Shown: piece by piece, positions 1 through 12,700 of the stretch
Position numbering within the stretch: the first letter of the stretch is position 1
How the letters are laid out: each line of letters starts with the position of its first letter
DNA from: Dicyema japonicum
Taxonomy: Eukaryota; Animalia; Dicyemida
DNA: 64,000 nucleotides
Assembly: GCA_011109175.1 (NCBI GenBank)
Contig: RDEW01000003.1
Coordinates: 2,243,761 to 2,307,760 of the forward strand
Reading direction: 5' to 3'
The notes under the pieces: generated by a model
The model's database searches: none
What the model saw: the letters and a program-made list of their open reading frames with translations, nothing else
Told to the model about the DNA's origin: nothing
Program-made: the position numbers and the translations under genes

Positions 1-39
1 CTCACATGTCCTGGGTTAAAAGAACCCGGATGCGAGTCA

Positions 40-850
40 TGAACTCTCCGTATACCTTGTATTCTTTTAATTCCAGAATATCTAAACAACTTCCTCCGTC
101 CCCCATAATCTGCATACGAACACGCGATTAAATCAGTCAAGACTTCACCACAGGTGCAGTATTACAAACCAAAACCCGCACCCTCCATCACCTTCTTCAC
201 TCCGGATGAGGTAGTGGTTACGTATCTGTAGCTCAGACAGGATCTCATCGATCCATTTCAAACTCACAGGGCCCTGGGCTAGACTGCGTTAACAACTTGT
301 GTTACTACTTTACCAACATCTTTTCTAACGTCTGGAAGAATATCTTGATATGGCAATTCTGGAAACAAGAATGTACCTTCCACTGTCAAAAGTGCTAGAA
401 AGACTTGTTTGAAAGTTGATTTCCCCCGGTCTAACAATACCTTCTTTAACATTGCTTCAGGTCTGAGAGTTCTTCCACGACACATCTGGATTCCATCATT
501 ATGAATTTGATGTACTAAAAACACTCATGCGAATGGTTTTTGTCTCTTGGACATACGCAAGGCCTTCGATTCTGTCTCGAGGTCCCTTCTAACAAAAAAG
601 TCAATTGTGAATGAGTAATTTGCTTTCCGGTCCGACGTGGGAGAGTACGGCATAACAACATCAAATCAAGATCTCACCTGTTGCCGAATGGGGTACCACA
701 AGGATCCTCACTCTCATCGGCACTGTTTGTTTTATGCAATCCAACGATCGATGTCCCAGACACGTTGTTTTTAAAAGTCACTATTGGTGACTCACTTATT
801 CCAATTTCTAGCAAACACCTGATCAGACACCAGGGTACTGGTGCACTTAA
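40..850 (+). mobile_element. Degenerate non-LTR retrotransposon (AP-endonuclease LINE type) RT fragment
   Basis: Broken RT motifs on +: LDIRKAFDSV (~546-580) and LPNGVPQGSSLS (ORF 681..863); many stops and frameshifts. Confidence 0.7.
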
Positions 851-854
851 TTTA

Positions 855-1150
855 ATTTATTAACCCCGGATACACCGAGAAAGAAGTTAAAGTAAACAAC
901 TAATTAAGTGTATTTAGTTTCCACTTCTACAGAAAGAGTCCATCCGGAATCAACATAAAGGGTAAAAGACGTCCATACTTGCAGTTGTGGAAACCCCTTT
1001 AGTAGAGTGGGGAGAGCAAATGATCCTTTTTCATGCCGGCCTGGCACTAGGCGCCACCTGAGATAGGTAGATCTCACGACGCCACTCTAGTAGGAAGGGT
1101 AAGAGGAGGAACAGACAAAACAAACAGAAAACTTCAACTAATTAGCCACG
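855..1150 (-). mobile_element. SINE family 1 copy (head degraded)
   Basis: Aligns by eye with copies at 2075-2423 and 12030-12370; minus-strand 3' end CTTTCTCGGTGTATCCGGGGTTAATAAAT. Confidence 0.7.
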
Positions 1151-2074
1151 CAACACTACATGGCGCCACGCGGCGTAATTTTTCTGGTGCACTTGTGTCC
1201 CCCTAATCACTTATACTATCCCTTAGGTAATTATAGTACCCACATAAAAATAATAATTTTTTGATTATAATTTTTTTAATTTTTGTCCATAATGTTATCT
1301 GAAGAGTTGTATGTTAGCCTTGGTTCTAGCTGCAATACACTGGACATGTTAGAGGAGTATTACCGGATCTTTCATTAGAAAAGTGTGTGAAATTTGAAAG
1401 GAATTTTAAAATACGCATAAAATATCGACAAGGAAAGGCTAAGTACTTTAGGTGTTTTATAGTAATACTGCACTTTACGAAGAGCCATATTAGCTATAGC
1501 TATTCCCAGACAGGACGCACACCTTATTTAAGTAAAGAACAGTTAATTGGTGATGGAGAACTAAGGAATGCTATTGACTTCTTTTTTCTCTACGGTGAAG
1601 AGGGGTATTTAGTGATGGAGTAGTGAGTGATCACAACTAGATAAATATGTGATCCTGTCTTAGGAGAGCCCACAATTTGGCTCTGTGTTCCTTTCTTGAT
1701 CCCACACAAGCTTATGATGGACGGAGAACTACCCAATCACAGTGTAACGGGCACCTTGTACTGTTTAGGTTAATAAAAGTTCCAGAGTGTTTAGAGGAAG
1801 TAGTTTCTTTTCAATGATCCACGGTTCCGTTTTTTTCTAGATAGCCCTTATCTTCTCGGGATCTGACCAGGGTTATTCTTTAACCTCTCGAATCTGATCT
1901 CGGTGGAGTCAACGTTTCCTTGCGATACCTGACCTTTTCCACAAATCTTACGTGATGGAGTAGTGATTAAGGTCATGGTACTGATAAATCATACTTAGAA
2001 TGTAAGAAACATCAGACAGGATCTACTTGATATGGCGTATCCGTTGTTGGCGGGGATAAACTAGAGTTTTATAA

Positions 2075-2423
2075 TTTTTATTTATTTAATAACCCCAAAT
2101 ATACCGAAAAAAAGTTAAGAGTTAATTAACGGTCAATTAAGGCATATCCAGTCTCCACGATCAGAGTGAGACCCATCCATTCCAGGCATCACGTCCATAT
2201 CGTGAAACCTCTCCAGTGAATTAGGGAAGAGATATATTCTTTTGGATCCCGGCTGGTATTAGGAGTCTCCTAAGACAGGTGGATTAATTGATGCCTCTTA
2301 TGATTCGAAGAAGGTACAGAGCAGTAGAAATCCTTCAATTAGGTAGATATCAGTGTGGGAATCGATCCCAAAGACAATTGTCAACTACATTAAATGGTTA
2401 TAGCTAAGCTACCCCGGCCTCAA
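2075..2423 (-). mobile_element. SINE family 1, near full length (tRNA-like head, core, LINE-like tail)
   Basis: Minus strand begins GGCCGGGGTAGCTTAGCT (A-box-like), has GGGATCGATTCCC (B-box-like) and ends TTCGGTATATTTGGGGTTATTAAATAAATAAA. Confidence 0.7.
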
Positions 2424-2439
2424 TTATTTGTAAAAAACC

Positions 2440-2930
2440 ATGGATGCAGGAAATGCAGATTTACCACTATGTCCTTCGGTTGAGAGGATTCAGCAAAGTA
2501 TTTTGTTATAATCTAAAGAGGATCCTGTATCTGGGATAGAGGATAGTATTCGAGACAGGTCACGGGTTGTCATGATGATTTTATTTTTAGGAAATGGTTG
2601 GATTGTAGTATGGGAGAAGAACTGTAGATGGGGATTTTTGATTCCCGTCGAAGATGATCAATAGGGTTGATGCGAGACATCCAGTCATCTCCCCGACCTC
2701 GATGTTTTGGAGTTTTTTAGTTTGTCGATATAATTAGAGAGGAAGACGTTGACCAACAAGGGATTCCAAAATGAGCTTGGGTTGGATTGAATTATAGGCT
2801 AATCTGCCTTGCCCTAAAAAATGGCCTGACAGTTTTTAGTATTGATTTTTCCGAAAGGCCTTTGTCCTTTGTTCCTCCAAGTGTTTCGAGTATGTTGGTG
2901 GTTGGTCGAATTTGACTCCAAATATGAATG
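2440..2930 (-). mobile_element. LINE RT C-terminal fragment related to the element at 16440-17735
   Basis: Shares blocks with 16690-17290, e.g. ATTCGAGACAGGTCAC, GAGACATCCAGT and ATGGCCTGACA. Confidence 0.7.
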
Positions 2931-4480
2931 TTTTGCGACGGGAAGTGGTTCTTCAAGAATGGTTATAATTTGGTGGAAATTTCGAGTTAATAGAATAAAA
3001 GGTGGAAGACGCCCATTCCTTGAAGTTGTGAGTCCCCCGATATGATCCTACTTGTTCTGAAATTGATAAATGCTTCGAACAAAATGAGTCGGAATTTGTC
3101 CCCTTTCTCAAGTTTAACGGTAAAATAACAGGTGGAGCGAAAAAGATTGAAAAAATAGACTCAAACATTGATCAGCTTATTTTCGGAAAACAAAGTGAAA
3201 GCAAATATAATGTAAAAGTAAGGATTCTCATTTTAGCTAAGAATGCCACATATCCCTCAGCTAATGAACGATTTTTGAATTTATGTGCGATACAGCTAAG
3301 TTAACTTGTTCACAGCGGTAATCGAAAAAGGCCTTGATGAACAAATTCTGATGCTGAGTCATATTCCCAGCTTTGAAGATAAAAGACTTTCAGAAATGAC
3401 TCAATTCATATTTATAACCGATGGGTCAGGAAGTATGACTGGAAATTCAATGTAAAACGGGCTGTGGAGGCCTTGAAAATTGGGTTGCTAAGTCTTCCCC
3501 CCGAAGGCCAATTACAACATAATCAGATTTGAATAGAATTTTGATTTACTCTCCGAAAAGAGAACAGGACTATTTATATTAGATTTGTTCTAGTTGAAGA
3601 TGTCGATAAACGGAGGAGGGCACTCAAATATGTAGACATGGGAGGGACTGAGATCCTTAGGCCAATAAAATACGTGATTAGGAAAAACTGGAAGAAGGCG
3701 TACTCCAGAAAAATCACATTTTTTTCAACTTTAGATAATACTGATAACTGACGGTAGTGTGAGCGACTAACAAGTCATTTATGAAATTTTGTTGAATTTC
3801 ACAAAAAACAGGTAATTTTGTGATTCATCTACCTAGAGTTTTCTCTCTCGGGATTGGAAGTGGAGCCTCTTCGATATTGGTGGAGAGGAGAGCCGAGGCT
3901 GGAAATGATAATTTGTGGATTCAAGTGCCACCGATATTGACTCCAAAATAATAAAACTCACGAAGGATGCCACAAAAAGTGTAATAACTGAACAGACTCT
4001 TCAATTCGAGGATCATGACCTTGAAGACTACTTTCCCAAGGGAAGGAGTGTTTATATCAATACTCTTCTTATATTGACTTTTATAAGGTGACGGAAAGGT
4101 TATTTTAAAAGTTACTCCCTAGTTGGAAGAGACTCCCATCCTAAAAATTAATTATTCTGGATTCATTGAGTGGATGTTATGAAAAAGTGTGGAAAAACCA
4201 GTTGTTTTCACGGAAGGGGTTAATTATCTTTCTAAAATTTCTTATAACTTTTTTGACGATGAATTCAATCAAAATAAAAACCAAATCCAGTTTTCTGTGT
4301 TGGCTCTTAGTCTCTCAGCCAATATTGCTAGTAGAGTTACCTCAATTCTAGGAATTTCAAAAATATATCAAGGGACGAACTCTTCACTGTTTTATGCATC
4401 GTTTTTCTTGAAAAATTTTTCCAACATAAGGCTGAAGTTCTGCAGTTGATTATAAGAAAGGCAGTCGATCTTTTTGGAAT
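2925..4480 (+). pseudogene. Decayed VWA5A/PARP4-like von Willebrand factor A domain gene
   Basis: VWA motifs in shifting frames: FIFITDGSGSMTG (~3405), DMGGTEILRPIKYV (~3635), IILITDGSVSD (~3735), RVFSLGIGSGAS (~3835); in-frame stops outside introns; boundaries approximate. Confidence 0.65.
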
Positions 4481-4504
4481 TGATGATCATTAAATTAAAA
4501 TTAT

Positions 4505-4680
4505 TCCAAAGACCAAGGGTAACCAAACTAACTAACTCCCTGATCCTGACTCGTTCCAGGGTTCTAGAACTTGTCTCCAGGTAACGACATTGTCCCCCCT
4601 CGGGGAAGAATAGTTGGATCCTCTTGATGTCGGCCAGGCATTGGGCGTCTCCTCAGTAAAGTGGATCCAATGACGCCATC
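4505..4680 (-). mobile_element. SINE family 1 core with a different tail
   Basis: Minus strand GGCGTCATTGGATCCAC...GGAGACGCCCAATGCCTGGCCG...AAGAGGATCC matches the core at 9507-9570. Confidence 0.55.
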
Positions 4681-5855
4681 TTAAGGAAAATAATTTATGA
4701 CCAACTAGAATGGATGATGATGTCGTGAAGTCATTAAAAGACAGAGCTTCTCCCCTTATTAGATAAATGAAACCCCCTCCCCATACATACTAATTTGTGG
4801 TCATCGTTTTATCAAGTACACTTGTCCCATATGGAGGTTTGTGGTATTTTCGTCAATAAATAAAAAATTAAAAAAAAATTAATAAAAAATAAATAAAAAA
4901 TTAAGATCGACTAAGAACTTCTCGTCTTTTACTACAATGAATATACCCTTCCTCCCCATGGCACCGGTATCCTGTGATTCTCAAAAATCTATTTAGCGAT
5001 ATGATCTCGATCAGAAAAACCCTGATCGAGTTCAAATGTAGGTATTCACGGAGACTCTTCCGTTTAACAGTTGGGACACTTGATAATGTGAAGATGTTTC
5101 AGGGACTGTTGGAAGCTAAGATCACTTAGTTGTTACAACATATTCTTGGTGGTTTTGGGGTAACAAATAATATTTAAGGTTAAAATCTTCTCTTGTTGAC
5201 CACTAATAGTTGGAGACAGAGATTCTGATGTTGGGTGATCACTTCAATGGAGAACTTACGATATCTCCAACAATCACTTTACCCTAACCATCCAAAATTC
5301 CCGCTAATCACATGCACATCCGAAAGATCCTAACTCGTTACCAAAAAACACTTCGAAAAGTTTCACCTCTATCAAAAACTCGAACCCCGATTAAAATAAT
5401 AGGCTACTTCGTTTCCACCCATGCAATACGGACCCTTAAAGACAATAAAAAAATAGGCCGCCGACCTCCTGAGAACAGCGCTTCAAAATCGCTGCTAAAT
5501 TGAACAGCGCTTCAATGACCGTCAGAGTAAAACTCGCACACATACGGTGTGACATAGTCCATCTATGTGTGGAAGACAAATTCGATATCTTTCTGCCAAC
5601 CCTAGACCACCAGGACTCAACGTGGAAGTGGATGGATGCGACATATTTTGGCAGCGTCTTTCCTGAAGTTCGTCAACTTCCTACGTGCTAGTAAAGCTGA
5701 GAATAATAGTGTAATTTATTGAAGAGATCCTCAGAAACAGAGTCGGTTCCCTGAAGGTCTCGTAATTCCACCGTGTCATCACTGTCTCTTGGCAGCCGGT
5801 GTCTGATCTGTTTTTTTTGTTTAATAATAATTTAATTTATTGATTAAGCTAATTA

Positions 5856-8638
5856 TCATCGATAATATCCAAAGCACTGAACAGCCCAAATGGTTAACCC
5901 TCGCATATATCCAAGAGAGCGGTAGTACCCCTTCTTTACGATGGCCTCTGGTGTTTGGAACATCATTCCAATATCCTGATACATTCTCTCATAGATTCCC
6001 TTAATAATCGCAAACCCCTCTTCATTTCTTTGCTGCAAGTGATACCAAATACTCACTTGATGCACCAACAGTGCCGCGATACTACATGTTACTCCGATCC
6101 AAATTTCATCAGTCTGCGGAGAACTTCTGTTGAGACTCCCATCATCAGACATTGCATTTACTACCCCCATTTAAAGTCCCCAAATATCTTCACATTAAAC
6201 TCAATCACTTTGGCCAATGCACTGTCGACTTGATGTTTTCTAAAGACCTTGAGATTACAAAAGTAGAGACCTCATTTTCGGGGCATTAACAGAGTTAAGC
6301 ATCCAATACCCGACTAGTTGAGCTGCAAAGATACATCTTCTGTTTTTTCCACGACTGCAGTAATCAAAATATTCACCTACCAACAATCTATCAACTACCA
6401 TTAAAAAGTATGTCGGCAAAGCTTTCTTTCCCTTTTGCAAGGACTGCCTTTATATCATCCATTTGGGAGTCCTTTCCTGTGATTTCCATGATTTGAATGT
6501 AACACCACAAGGCTGTCAACCACAGGGAATTAATGTACACACTCATCAACTTAGTAATGAGACACACCTGTATCCATTAGCTATGCAGGTATCGAACGTG
6601 TTGTCAGCCATATAGTCGGAACTTATCATCAAGCACGTGTGATCTGTATATCCCAGCTGTTTGTAGATAATACACTGAAATTATAAATATAATTACCTCA
6701 ATAATTGGTGTAATAGCCATAATGTAGTCAATATTTTTGACAACGTGGTAGTCTCTATAGGAGAGAATGACGAACAGTGAGTTCAAATCCTTCCAAAAGT
6801 CAGTTGGGTAAGCATTATATGAATTGATCCGAACCCAAGGCTCCTGTTCTGATAATAAATACTCCAAAAACCAGGATTCCCAAGATCATGGGGAGTAGTG
6901 CACGCTGTTTTTATGGGTTCAACTGCCCCATTTAGAAACCAGCGAGTGTCCTTAATAGTCATGTTAATAAACGTGGCTATGGAATGACAAATAGGGGTAC
7001 CATAGTCATACTGCATTGATATTTGGAGTTGAGGCCAAAGGTAAATGAATGCATATGAGGCGTATGCATGGACGTCGTATGTGTTGTACATTCTGTACTC
7101 GTGACCTTCCAAGTAACAGAATCGCCCATATTTTGCTAAATGAACTCCACTTGGGTCTTCTGATTCACTACCGGCTTTAGTCCACACAGATCCCCCATCA
7201 CTGACGTAGTACAACTCATTGAACAACACAGACTTGTACCAGGCAGGGATATTTCTAACATGGCTATACCAACATACTCTCTATTAATGATATCAGTCTG
7301 CCATTTCTCAATCTCTTCATTCCATAGAGAATAGTTGTCCAAAACGTAACCCCAATATTGAATACACCAACTTTTCCTGTCCCAAACCACTCAGTATATC
7401 GACTAAGTAGTTAATGGAAGTCAATACCGCAAATACCTCACATTTTGATCTCTGAAAGAGAACGAGGGCATATTCCAGTTGAGGGAGAACACAATCTCTG
7501 ATTTAGAATTCCCGGAAATGTCCACTCTGTTACACAGAGCGACTGCTACTTCATTAACCGGCGAAAAGTTGCAGCCTGACTCTCTAATCGCATCGAGCTC
7601 TCCCCTGTCTCTCAGAGCATTCCATACTTCCCACCATCCGAACAGGGATCAAATGTGATTCCAGTGATTGAGGACTTTATATGAGATAAAAAGTACCTGA
7701 TTATCATTAACAGTGCTAATTCCGTATGAATACTCTAAATATGAAGTCAGTTTATGATGAATGGCAATTGTAGTTTTGTAGTGCCCGTTTTCTCCGTTGA
7801 TTCGGGTCTCCGTTGTATTTCCAGGGAAGGAACCATCATTAGCAGTTCCGTTTTTGAAGCAAAATGTTATTGAGACCTCAACTCCTTGACTGCCGTAATT
7901 TTTCACCTCCCACACAAAGGCCGAGGCTGGGAGAGAAGAATCCTACGGGTAACCCTTGAATGAACTTTGTAATTGTGAGGAATGACTGGGGATATCTGCT
8001 TGCATATCAACGTAACTCTTTCTTCTGGAATATCATAGTATGTCCAGGCACGTGGATAAAGAGCAGTATAGAATGCCTTAGAAGGGTCAATCGCGCATTT
8101 CCAAGATGACAGATATTTTGTGTTAAAATTATCAGTCGATAAAATACTCTGATAAGTGGTGAGGTTGCCCCTTCTTATCGTAACAATAAACTGAGGTTAA
8201 AGAATTTCTAAACCTGGTCAGCTTTAACGGTGTTGTACTCGTAGATTCCTGGTCGTAAACAAAAGCGGGTAAATTGACCACAATATCCTCTACCAATTGA
8301 CCCTGACCCAATTCCGCCAATGGGGCATCCTTTGAATAAACCTGTAATAAACCATAAATAGGATTCAATTTGACCGGTCTAAAGGGGTTCATGACCGGTT
8401 TTCTACCATGAAACACTTCGTAAATTACATGAAAAAGGAATCTATTATGTAAGTTGATTAATTGCCTTAATCCAGCATATAAAAATTGAATTATTTGAGA
8501 AAAGGTAGGAGGCTGATTTGGCTTGAAATTTGAAGTGAATTTGTGATCAAGTCTAACTCTCCATCCATGTGATGGGATATCGTTCTCTTTCGCTGTATTG
8601 TAGAAAATATCATTCTCCAAGTTGCCGAGAATACTCAT
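5856..8638 (-). CDS. GBA2: Non-lysosomal glucosylceramidase (GH116), multi-exon with tiny introns
   Basis: Spliced motifs [43 protein letters not shown] (nucleophile region), [42 protein letters not shown]; two apparent 1-nt deficits near 6170 and 6277. Confidence 0.93.
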
Positions 8639-8760
8639 TATTAGAATCCAAAATTATATAGAACAATTATTTTGAAATTTATTTTTATCGAATTTTAATT
8701 TTTAAATAAAAAACAATTTATTAAAAAGAAAATTAAAGTTGAAACTATAAAAATTTATAT

Positions 8761-8802
8761 ATCTGGTGAAGAGGATCTATTAACATCTGGTGAAGAGGAT
8801 CT
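8761..8802. repeat. Local tandem duplication (24-bp period) ATCTGGTGAAGAGGATCT
   Basis: Two exact 18-nt copies at 8761 and 8785. Confidence 0.8.
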
Positions 8803-9439
8803 TAAATCGTGTGGCACAAACAGCACCTTAGTTAACATTTTTTGGTTCTGTCAACGTGTGTTTAATAATAATAAAAAATTAATTTGATCAATTTAACCTA
8901 TTTCAATAATTGACCCAGATCAATCAAAAGGGAGTTTGAGTGCTGTCTAGGTTGGTGTGACTTACTATGGAACATTAAATAAAAGATGAGGTAATCAATT
9001 AGCATTCATGATAATATTGTGAACTTGTATAATATCAAGTAATAAATGTTTTCTTGTGGTGACGTGCATGCTTGTTTCTACTGTTGACAAGGAAGCATTT
9101 TCATCGGACCTATCTACGAAAGCGAGTAGAACACAAGTATGGACTTAGCCTTGAAGAAGGATTGATGGACGTTACCATTAGAGAAGGACTAACGAGCCAA
9201 ATATGCCACCTTGGAGAGGTACAAAATGGACAAATTGGGACAACGAAGACTTTAGGTGTTATTCAGGATGAGTCTGTGTTATTGGTCGGGTTGGGCCATA
9301 AGAGAAGGAGAATGCGCTAGGGAGGATAACATAGAAGGAGCCCCTACATTAGTTAATTTATTTCTGACTTTAATCTTGATTAATATATTCTAATATCAAG
9401 TTACACAGTGATTAGTACTATCGCTTGCCCCCCCATTAG

Positions 9440-9686
9440 TGGTTCGGCTTTACAACGCCGCGTATGTGTCGAAAGATTCTGCTCTACCCCTATTTGAATA
9501 CTGAGAGGCGTCAGTTGATTCAGAAGACGCCCAATGGCCGATCCATATCCAAAAGGATCTATCTTTTCCTTGAGAGATGCCCACAATGACGGGTACGGAT
9601 GGACGTGATCATTGAACAGGATACTTACTCGCACCGTGTGAACTGTAGTACCTCTATCGGCATCTCCGCGGTTATTAAATAAATAC
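9440..9686 (+). mobile_element. SINE family 1 copy
   Basis: Core GAGGCGTCAGTTGATTCAGAAGACGCCCAATGGCCG..CCAAAAGGATCTATCTTTTCC; tail CCGCGGTTATTAAATAAATA. Confidence 0.65.
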
Positions 9687-10559
9687 ATGACAAATTTACA
9701 AGACCAATGACTTCCCTCACGGTCAGTAATTCAGATCCCCCACTGTTTATTTAACCCGAAAATACTAACCGTCCACTAATTATAAGCTCCCGGTATTTTT
9801 TAAAACAGTTGGAAGGAATTTCGAATGTTCTTACTTTCCTGTTGTTCCTTAGGGGTGTAGACCGTTGCGGTACTTGTGGGATCTTGCGGCTTCTATCGCT
9901 GATAGATTGAATCGATATGATTTTCCGTTTCTATGTCAGAAAAAAACAGGTTCCGTTTTTAGAGTCATCGAGGAGAGAAGATTTCTGTGACAGGTTATGT
10001 ATGCGAACCACGATGAGGGAATTTAATTTTCCGTCAGCAGATGTTAACTTTATGGCCGCTTTCTGATTATACAGTATAAACGAGGATGATGAGATTTAGG
10101 ACTTTAACATTATTATGAGGCCAAGAAATCACTACAATGTTAAAGGGGAGCGCGGCTATTAGGTGATCCAAGCCTCTTTCAGTAGCCTCCTCGTCGTAAC
10201 TCGGTGTTCTGCCTTAGATACCACGAACTTTGTATTTTAGCTGTACATGTATGGGGTCGTATGGAATGAACTGCGAGATAGTCCTTAGGACTAGGGTCTC
10301 AAAAGGAATAGGATCTATCATGGAGGCATAAAACTTCTTTAGAGTTCAGCTACTAAGAACTGGAATTCCATGAATTTCTTTAAACGTGTTTTATCAAGGT
10401 TCCGAGAACCGACCCACTTCTTTATGTGAGAGTAACCTTTAGGAATTTGGAAGGTGTCAACAGCGCCTTCATTAAAATGTCTAATAATTATTTATTATGA
10501 TAAATAACTTTATTAATTTTATTATGAAATATTAAAATATATAGGATATTACTGAGTCA

Positions 10560-11520
10560 ATGGTTTGTTGGTAATTATGATCGTTTAGAACTTCATATTA
10601 TTCCACTCAAAGAGACTTGCTTCCACAAATCTTAAAATATATAGATTTGTACTTCATAATCTTTAACCTTAGATTCCAAACTCCAAAAATTCTGCCCCAA
10701 AAATGCAGTCCTTTACAATCGACAGTGAAAAGTACAAAATATATACTCAATAAGATGTGGCCCAATGGTCTTAGATGCACTCATTAAGATTAAAGCAGAA
10801 CAAGATCCCTCACTTACCTTCCGCCGGTCTTGCAGAGAGGGCATTTGTGGATCCTGTGCCATGAACATTAATGGACAGAATACTCTGGCCTGTATTTGGT
10901 ATATACTTGGGTAACCTCTTAGTAAGCTTGAACCTAACAAAGTCACCAAAATTTTCCCGCTTCCTCACATGTACGTTATTAAAGACCTCGTTGTGGTATT
11001 TATGTTTAATGATTGTTTACAGGACATGAATAACTTTTATGCTCAGTACAAGTCTATAGAACCTTGGTTACAGCGAAAGGACCTTCAAGATGAGTCCAAA
11101 ATAGGACTCAGAGATCTTCTGCAGAGTGTACCTGATAGAAGCAAACTGGATGGGTTATATGAGTGTATTCTATGTGCATGTTGTTCTACTTCCTGTCCAT
11201 CCTACTGGTGGAATGGGGACAAATATCCCGGACCTGCAGCTTTCTTACAGGCTTATCGGTATGTGACTGTTTTTTATGACTAGATGGGTAGTTGACTCTA
11301 GGGATGACAATTATAAAGAACGTATTGACAAGTTGGCTCACTCTTTTGGTCTGTACACGTGTCATACTATAATGAATTGTACCCAAACCTGTCCTAAGGT
11401 TATTTGGTTGTGATTAATAAACAGGGACTGATGCCTGGAAAGGCTATTTCTGAGTTGAAGAGACTGGCTGCTAATTTGACAGAAAAGACCTCAACAGAAC
11501 CGATAGCCACGACTAATTAG
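10560..11520 (+). CDS. SDHB: Succinate dehydrogenase iron-sulfur subunit
   Basis: Spliced protein contains [51 protein letters not shown] and [18 protein letters not shown]; GT-AG introns of about 23-27 nt; stop TAG at 11518-11520. Confidence 0.96.
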
Positions 11521-12029
11521 TTACTAATGTTGGATTTCCTTACAACTCTTCACTAATATGCACTTATATATCTGTATTAATTCAAGTGTAAAATTATCAA
11601 TGTGTGTTTTGGTTATCTGTGGTATATTTTTTATAATCGGTCAATTAATAGGCTAAGAAGTCTAAGGAAAGATGTACGAAGAGTTCCTGGCCTATTGTTG
11701 CCGAGGTAACTAGATATAAGCGGGAAATTACTTTTTCTTAAGGGAGCGTCTGGCTACACTCAAAAGTTCGTGAAACCCAATGACTCCTTAGTTGACCTCC
11801 GTTACTATTGTTAGAAGCAACAGTGTAGATACTTATATAAAGGAGACCTTCCTTCTGGGAAGTTACGTGATTGTAGCAATCATCATGGGATAGTAACGCT
11901 GTAGATATAATCTCGGTTTAATGCGGGTCTAAGATGTATGCTTAGTCAACAAACTGCTGACGGCCTTGTCGATCAGTTCATATTCGCAGGGTTCCACATT
12001 AAAAGTCCAGTAGTTGTACGAGGCAACTC

Positions 12030-12370
12030 ATTTATTAATTCCGGATACACCGAGAAAGATGTTAAAAGTTAGCAACTAGATGTATCCAGATCCCACGGTC
12101 CCAGAAGTAGAGTCCTTCCAATACAAGTTCATCCAGAACAAACGGAAAGAAAAGAACACATCCAGTCTTTTCAGTTATGGAAACCCCTCCAGTAAAATGG
12201 GGGAGAGAAAGTGATCATCCCGGCGCTGAGCGTCACGTGAGCAGGTGTACCATATGACGCCACTCTATTAGAACGAAAGAAGATGAGGAACAGAAAAAAA
12301 GAAGAGAAACCAACCTAGTAACAAATGGGGTAATCGAACAGGACCAATTCCTATAGTAAAATTCCTAGCC
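12030..12370 (-). mobile_element. SINE family 1 copy
   Basis: Minus-strand head with GTTCGATT (B-box-like), shared core, and tail TCTTTCTCGGTGTATCCGGAATTAATAAAT. Confidence 0.7.
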
Positions 12371-12579
12371 ATCAATCTACCTGGTCTTTGAATCGTTCAA
12401 ATCATTATGGAATTCTTTTGAGTGTTCACGGTTATCACAATAATAACGAAAAACGCCCCTTTAACATTTTCACTCGATTTTCTACCAATTTCTCTGCGAA
12501 AATTCCACAGTTTAAATCAGTTTTGCCTTAATGATGGTCCAGCAATAGAGTCATTAAGATTTGTTAGATCACTAATGAG

Positions 12580-12700
12580 AGGGCGATTTTTGTCAATGAA
12601 GTCAAAAATTCATATGTTCTTTAAAATTGTTTAAAATTTATCAAAATGTAAATTTTAATCAAAAAATATTATATAAATCAAAAGTTTTTTTTTAAACGAA
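12580..12700 (+). mobile_element. Left end of the hAT-like MITE family (cf. 52591-53405)
   Basis: AGGGCGATTTTTGTCAATGAAGTCAAAAATTCATATGTTCTTTAAAATTGTTTAAAA is nearly identical to 52592-52650. Confidence 0.8.

Noticed and set aside
1032-1041. Minus-strand GGCCGGCATG identical to the start of the genomic HDV ribozyme
   Set aside because: Downstream P1/P2/P3 partners are absent and other SINE copies do not keep the 10-mer
6160-6180. Programmed -1 frameshift at TTTAAAT in GBA2
   Set aside because: The heptamer is not in the X XXY YYZ register; it fits the general homopolymer-deficit pattern
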